37,622 bases of DNA from the NCBI GenBank assembly GCA_039588275.1, contig JBDHAC010000057.1, forward strand, positions 1-37,622, given 5' to 3'. Under the pieces are notes generated by a model. That model saw only the letters and a list, made by a program, of their open reading frames with translations. It searched no databases and was not told the DNA's origin. Of this stretch, positions 35,136 to 37,622 are shown in pieces (position 1 is the first letter of the stretch; each line of letters begins with the position of its first letter). Source of the DNA: Gemmatimonadota bacterium. Its GTDB lineage: Bacteria; Gemmatimonadota; Gemmatimonadetes; Palauibacterales; Palauibacteraceae. The position numbers and the translations under genes are program-made.

Positions 35136-35206
35136 GCGTGGGCGCGCCGGAGCGCCGTGACGCGGGAAGTCAGCACCTCACCGATATCGGATCAGGTCTG
35201 CCACCT

Positions 35207-35237
35207 GGGGTGGCCTTTCGGCAAGAAAGGCCACCCC
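35207..35237 (+). terminator. Perfect 13-bp hairpin downstream of the ArsR-SRPBCC operon
   Basis: GGGGTGGCCTTTC-GGCAA-GAAAGGCCACCCC with a weak T tract (TAGTTT). Confidence 0.65.
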
Positions 35238-35287
35238 CCTAGTTTCGTCCCCTTCCAGATCGCGTCCCTTCTGCCACGGGGGTGCCC

Positions 35288-37476
35288 ATGCTTCGTCGGA
35301 CCTGCCTGGCGTTCGTATTCCTGCTCGCGGCGTGTGCGCCGCAACCCGATGGCGCCATCGATGCCGAGCGCCTGCTGAACCCGACCAGTGGATGGCGCTC
35401 GGCCGTACGCATCACGGCCAACGCTTCTCGCCGCTCACCCAAATCACCGCGGACAACGTCTCCACGCTCGGCTTTGCCTGGGAGTACGAGGCCCGCTCGC
35501 GCCGGGGCCGGGTCGAGTTTCCCCAGCAGGCGACGCCGATCATGGTGGACGGGGTGCTCTACGTCTCGGGCCCGTGGGGCAGCGCGTTCGCGGTCGACGC
35601 CCGAACGGGTGAGGAGCGCTGGCGGTACGACCCCGACGTCGACGGAAGCTCCAACCGGCGCTCGTGCTGCGGAGCGGTCAATCGAGGGCTCCAGGTCTGG
35701 AACGAAAAGGTGTACGTGGCGACGCTCGACGGCTTTCTGGTCGCCCTCGACGCCTCGACGGGCGCCGAGCTGTGGAAGGTCGACACCTTCATCGACCGTG
35801 AGACCCGCTTCTACGGGATCACGAGCCCACCGCAGGTTGCCAAGGACGTGGTGGTGATCGGGAACTCCGGGGCCGAGTTCGGCGTGCGCGGCTACATTAC
35901 GGCGTACGACCTGGAGACGGGCGAGGAGCGGTGGCGCTTCTTCACGGTACCGGGCGATCCGGCGGTGGCCCCTCCCGAGAACGCCGCCATGGAGCTCGCG
36001 CTCCAGACGTGGGGCCCCGACACGAATTGGGACGCCGGGCTGGGCGGCACCGTGTGGGGCGAGATGAACTACGACCCGGAGCTGGATCTACTCTACGTGG
36101 GCACGGGGAACAGCACCCCCTACTCCGGGTGGCATCGCGATCCGTCGGGTGGCGACAACCTGTTTCTCGTCTCGATTCTCGCCATCGACCCCGACGACGG
36201 CAGCCTCGCGTGGCACTTCCAGCAGGTCCCGTGGGAGATCTGGGACTATACGGCGACCGCGAACATGATCCTCGCCGACCTCGAGATCGACGGCCGGCTG
36301 CGCAAGGTGATCATGCAGGCGCCCAAGAACGGGTTCTACTACGTCCTCGACCGCGAGACGGGGGAGTTCATCTCGGGCGAGGCGTTCGCGTTCGTCAACT
36401 GGGCCACCGGTCTGGATGAGAACGGCCGGCCGATCGTGAACCCGGCGGCGGTCTACAAGGACGATCCGGTCGTCGTCTTCCCGACCTACGGGGGCGCGCA
36501 CAACTGGCACCCGATGGCCTACAACTCGATGACCGGTCTCACCTACATCCCCATCCGAGAGTGGGGCATGGTGATCGGGAACGAAGAGGCGTACGAGTGG
36601 AAGCCTGGCCACTACAACGCCGGGGCCGTCGGCATCTTCGACTGGGAGCTCACCGAAATCATGCCGGAGGACGCCCAGGAGATGTTCCAAGAGACGGTCG
36701 CCGAGCACCCGGAGCTTCCAGACACCGACCTCGGAGAGTTCCTGATCGCCTGGGATCCGATCGCGCAGCGCGAGCGATGGAGAGTCCGCGTCGGCTCGGT
36801 GTGGACGTCGGGCGGGGGCGTGCTCACGACGGCGGGGAACCTGGTGATCCAGGGGACGGCGGGCGGGAAGCTCGTGGCGTACGCGGCCGACACGGGCGAG
36901 GTGCTGCAGGAGATCGAGCTCGGCACCGCGGTCGTCGCCGCCCCGATCACCTACGCGCTCGACGGCGAGCAATACGTGGCCCTGTTCGCCGGAGCGTACA
37001 CCTGGCCTAACGATGAGGCCGCGCGCCGGCAGTACGAGAACTACGGCCGCCTCCTGGCGTTCAAGCTGGGCGGCGGGCCGACGCCCCTACCCCCGGTGCA
37101 CATCCCGCAGGAGACGCCCGAGCCGCCGGCCGATTTCGTCGTGGTCGACTCCGTGGCTCAAGAGGGTGAGACGCTCTTCTTCACCTGGTGCTTCTTCTGC
37201 CACTCGGGGCGCGGCGAGCGGTACCTGAGCGGCACCCCGGACCTGCACCGCATGACACCCGAGACGCACGGGATCTTCAAGTCGATCGTCCTCGACGGCG
37301 CTCTCTCCGAAGCCGGCATGGCCAGCTTCTCAGACGTCCTCACGGGCGAAGACGCGGACGCGATTCAGACGTATCTCGTGCGCGAGCAGGGCGAGCTCCG
37401 GCAGGAGGAGCAAGCGCTACGAGAAGAGGGGCAGGACCAGCGACAGGAGGGGCAAGACGACGGGAATCGGAGATAG
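35288..37476 (+). pseudogene. Type II quinohemoprotein (PQQ + heme c) alcohol dehydrogenase-like lipoprotein, frameshifted at about 35377-35380
   Basis: Signal/lipobox 'MLRRTCLAFVFLLAAC...IDAERLLN' is in one frame and the body 'EPDQWMALGRTHHGQRFSPLTQI' in the -1 frame. Vicinal 'CC', 'GAEFGVRG', 'WDYT', 'QAPKNGF', 'HNWHPM', heme 'CFFCH' and axial-Met 'GMASF'. Confidence 0.85.
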
Positions 37477-37536
37477 CCGGAGGTTCTCGGCGCTACTTTC
37501 AGCGTCGGGACGTTTCAGCTGAGGGCATTTGACGTT

Positions 37537-37622
37537 TCACGGACCATTGGGTGAGACCATCACCTGCACAAGATGGTCGGCGAAGTCGGTCGGCTTGAGG
37601 CTCCGGTGGTTGAAGCGGTACT
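37537..37622 (-). mobile_element. Probable C-terminus of an IS1595-family transposase (5' part outside window)
   Basis: Minus strand reads (E/Q/K)YRFNHRSLKPTDFADHLVQVMVSPNGP*. 'E.RFN.R' is the characteristic C-terminal motif of IS1595-type DDE transposases. Only 28 codons are visible. Confidence 0.45.

Noticed and set aside
35370..35385. Programmed -1 ribosomal frameshift in the PQQ gene
   Set aside because: No X_XXY_YYZ slippery heptamer, and residues appear missing, which fits a deletion better.

Overview
GC-rich bacterial window with gene content and lipoprotein style consistent with a Gemmatimonadota-like genome (inference). No rRNA, tRNA or CRISPR array was seen. In order: the 3' end of a TonB-dependent receptor; small membrane or hypothetical genes and an MltD-like lytic transglycosylase; an Oar-like TonB-dependent receptor followed by exported amide/ester hydrolases (class C beta-lactamase-fold hydrolase, S9 peptidase, erythromycin-esterase family, KynB-like cyclase, M20D amidohydrolase); a mycobacterial Sdh1-type succinate dehydrogenase operon (Rv0249c-like anchor, sdhA, sdhB) with an extra TPR-like gene; a translationally coupled sugar-oxidation operon (Tat small subunit, GMC flavoprotein, GH16, Gfo/Idh/MocA); a membrane sulfatase-like enzyme; a VPS10/BNR propeller protein; endonuclease IV; a Sel1-repeat protein; an ArsR-SRPBCC pair; a frameshifted quinohemoprotein PQQ dehydrogenase; and the probable 3' tip of an IS1595-family transposase. 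Most notable points: (1) a triplicated 23-bp stop/start junction between sdhA and sdhB that creates two coupled 7-aa mini-ORFs; (2) a hidden, internally deleted second copy of the PQQ dehydrogenase locus at about 25.1 kb; (3) deletion or frameshift lesions in the cyclase and PQQ genes; (4) two probable CTG starts; (5) a GH16 embedded in a glycoside-3-dehydrogenase-type operon. All calls come from motif recognition by eye; no database searches were run.
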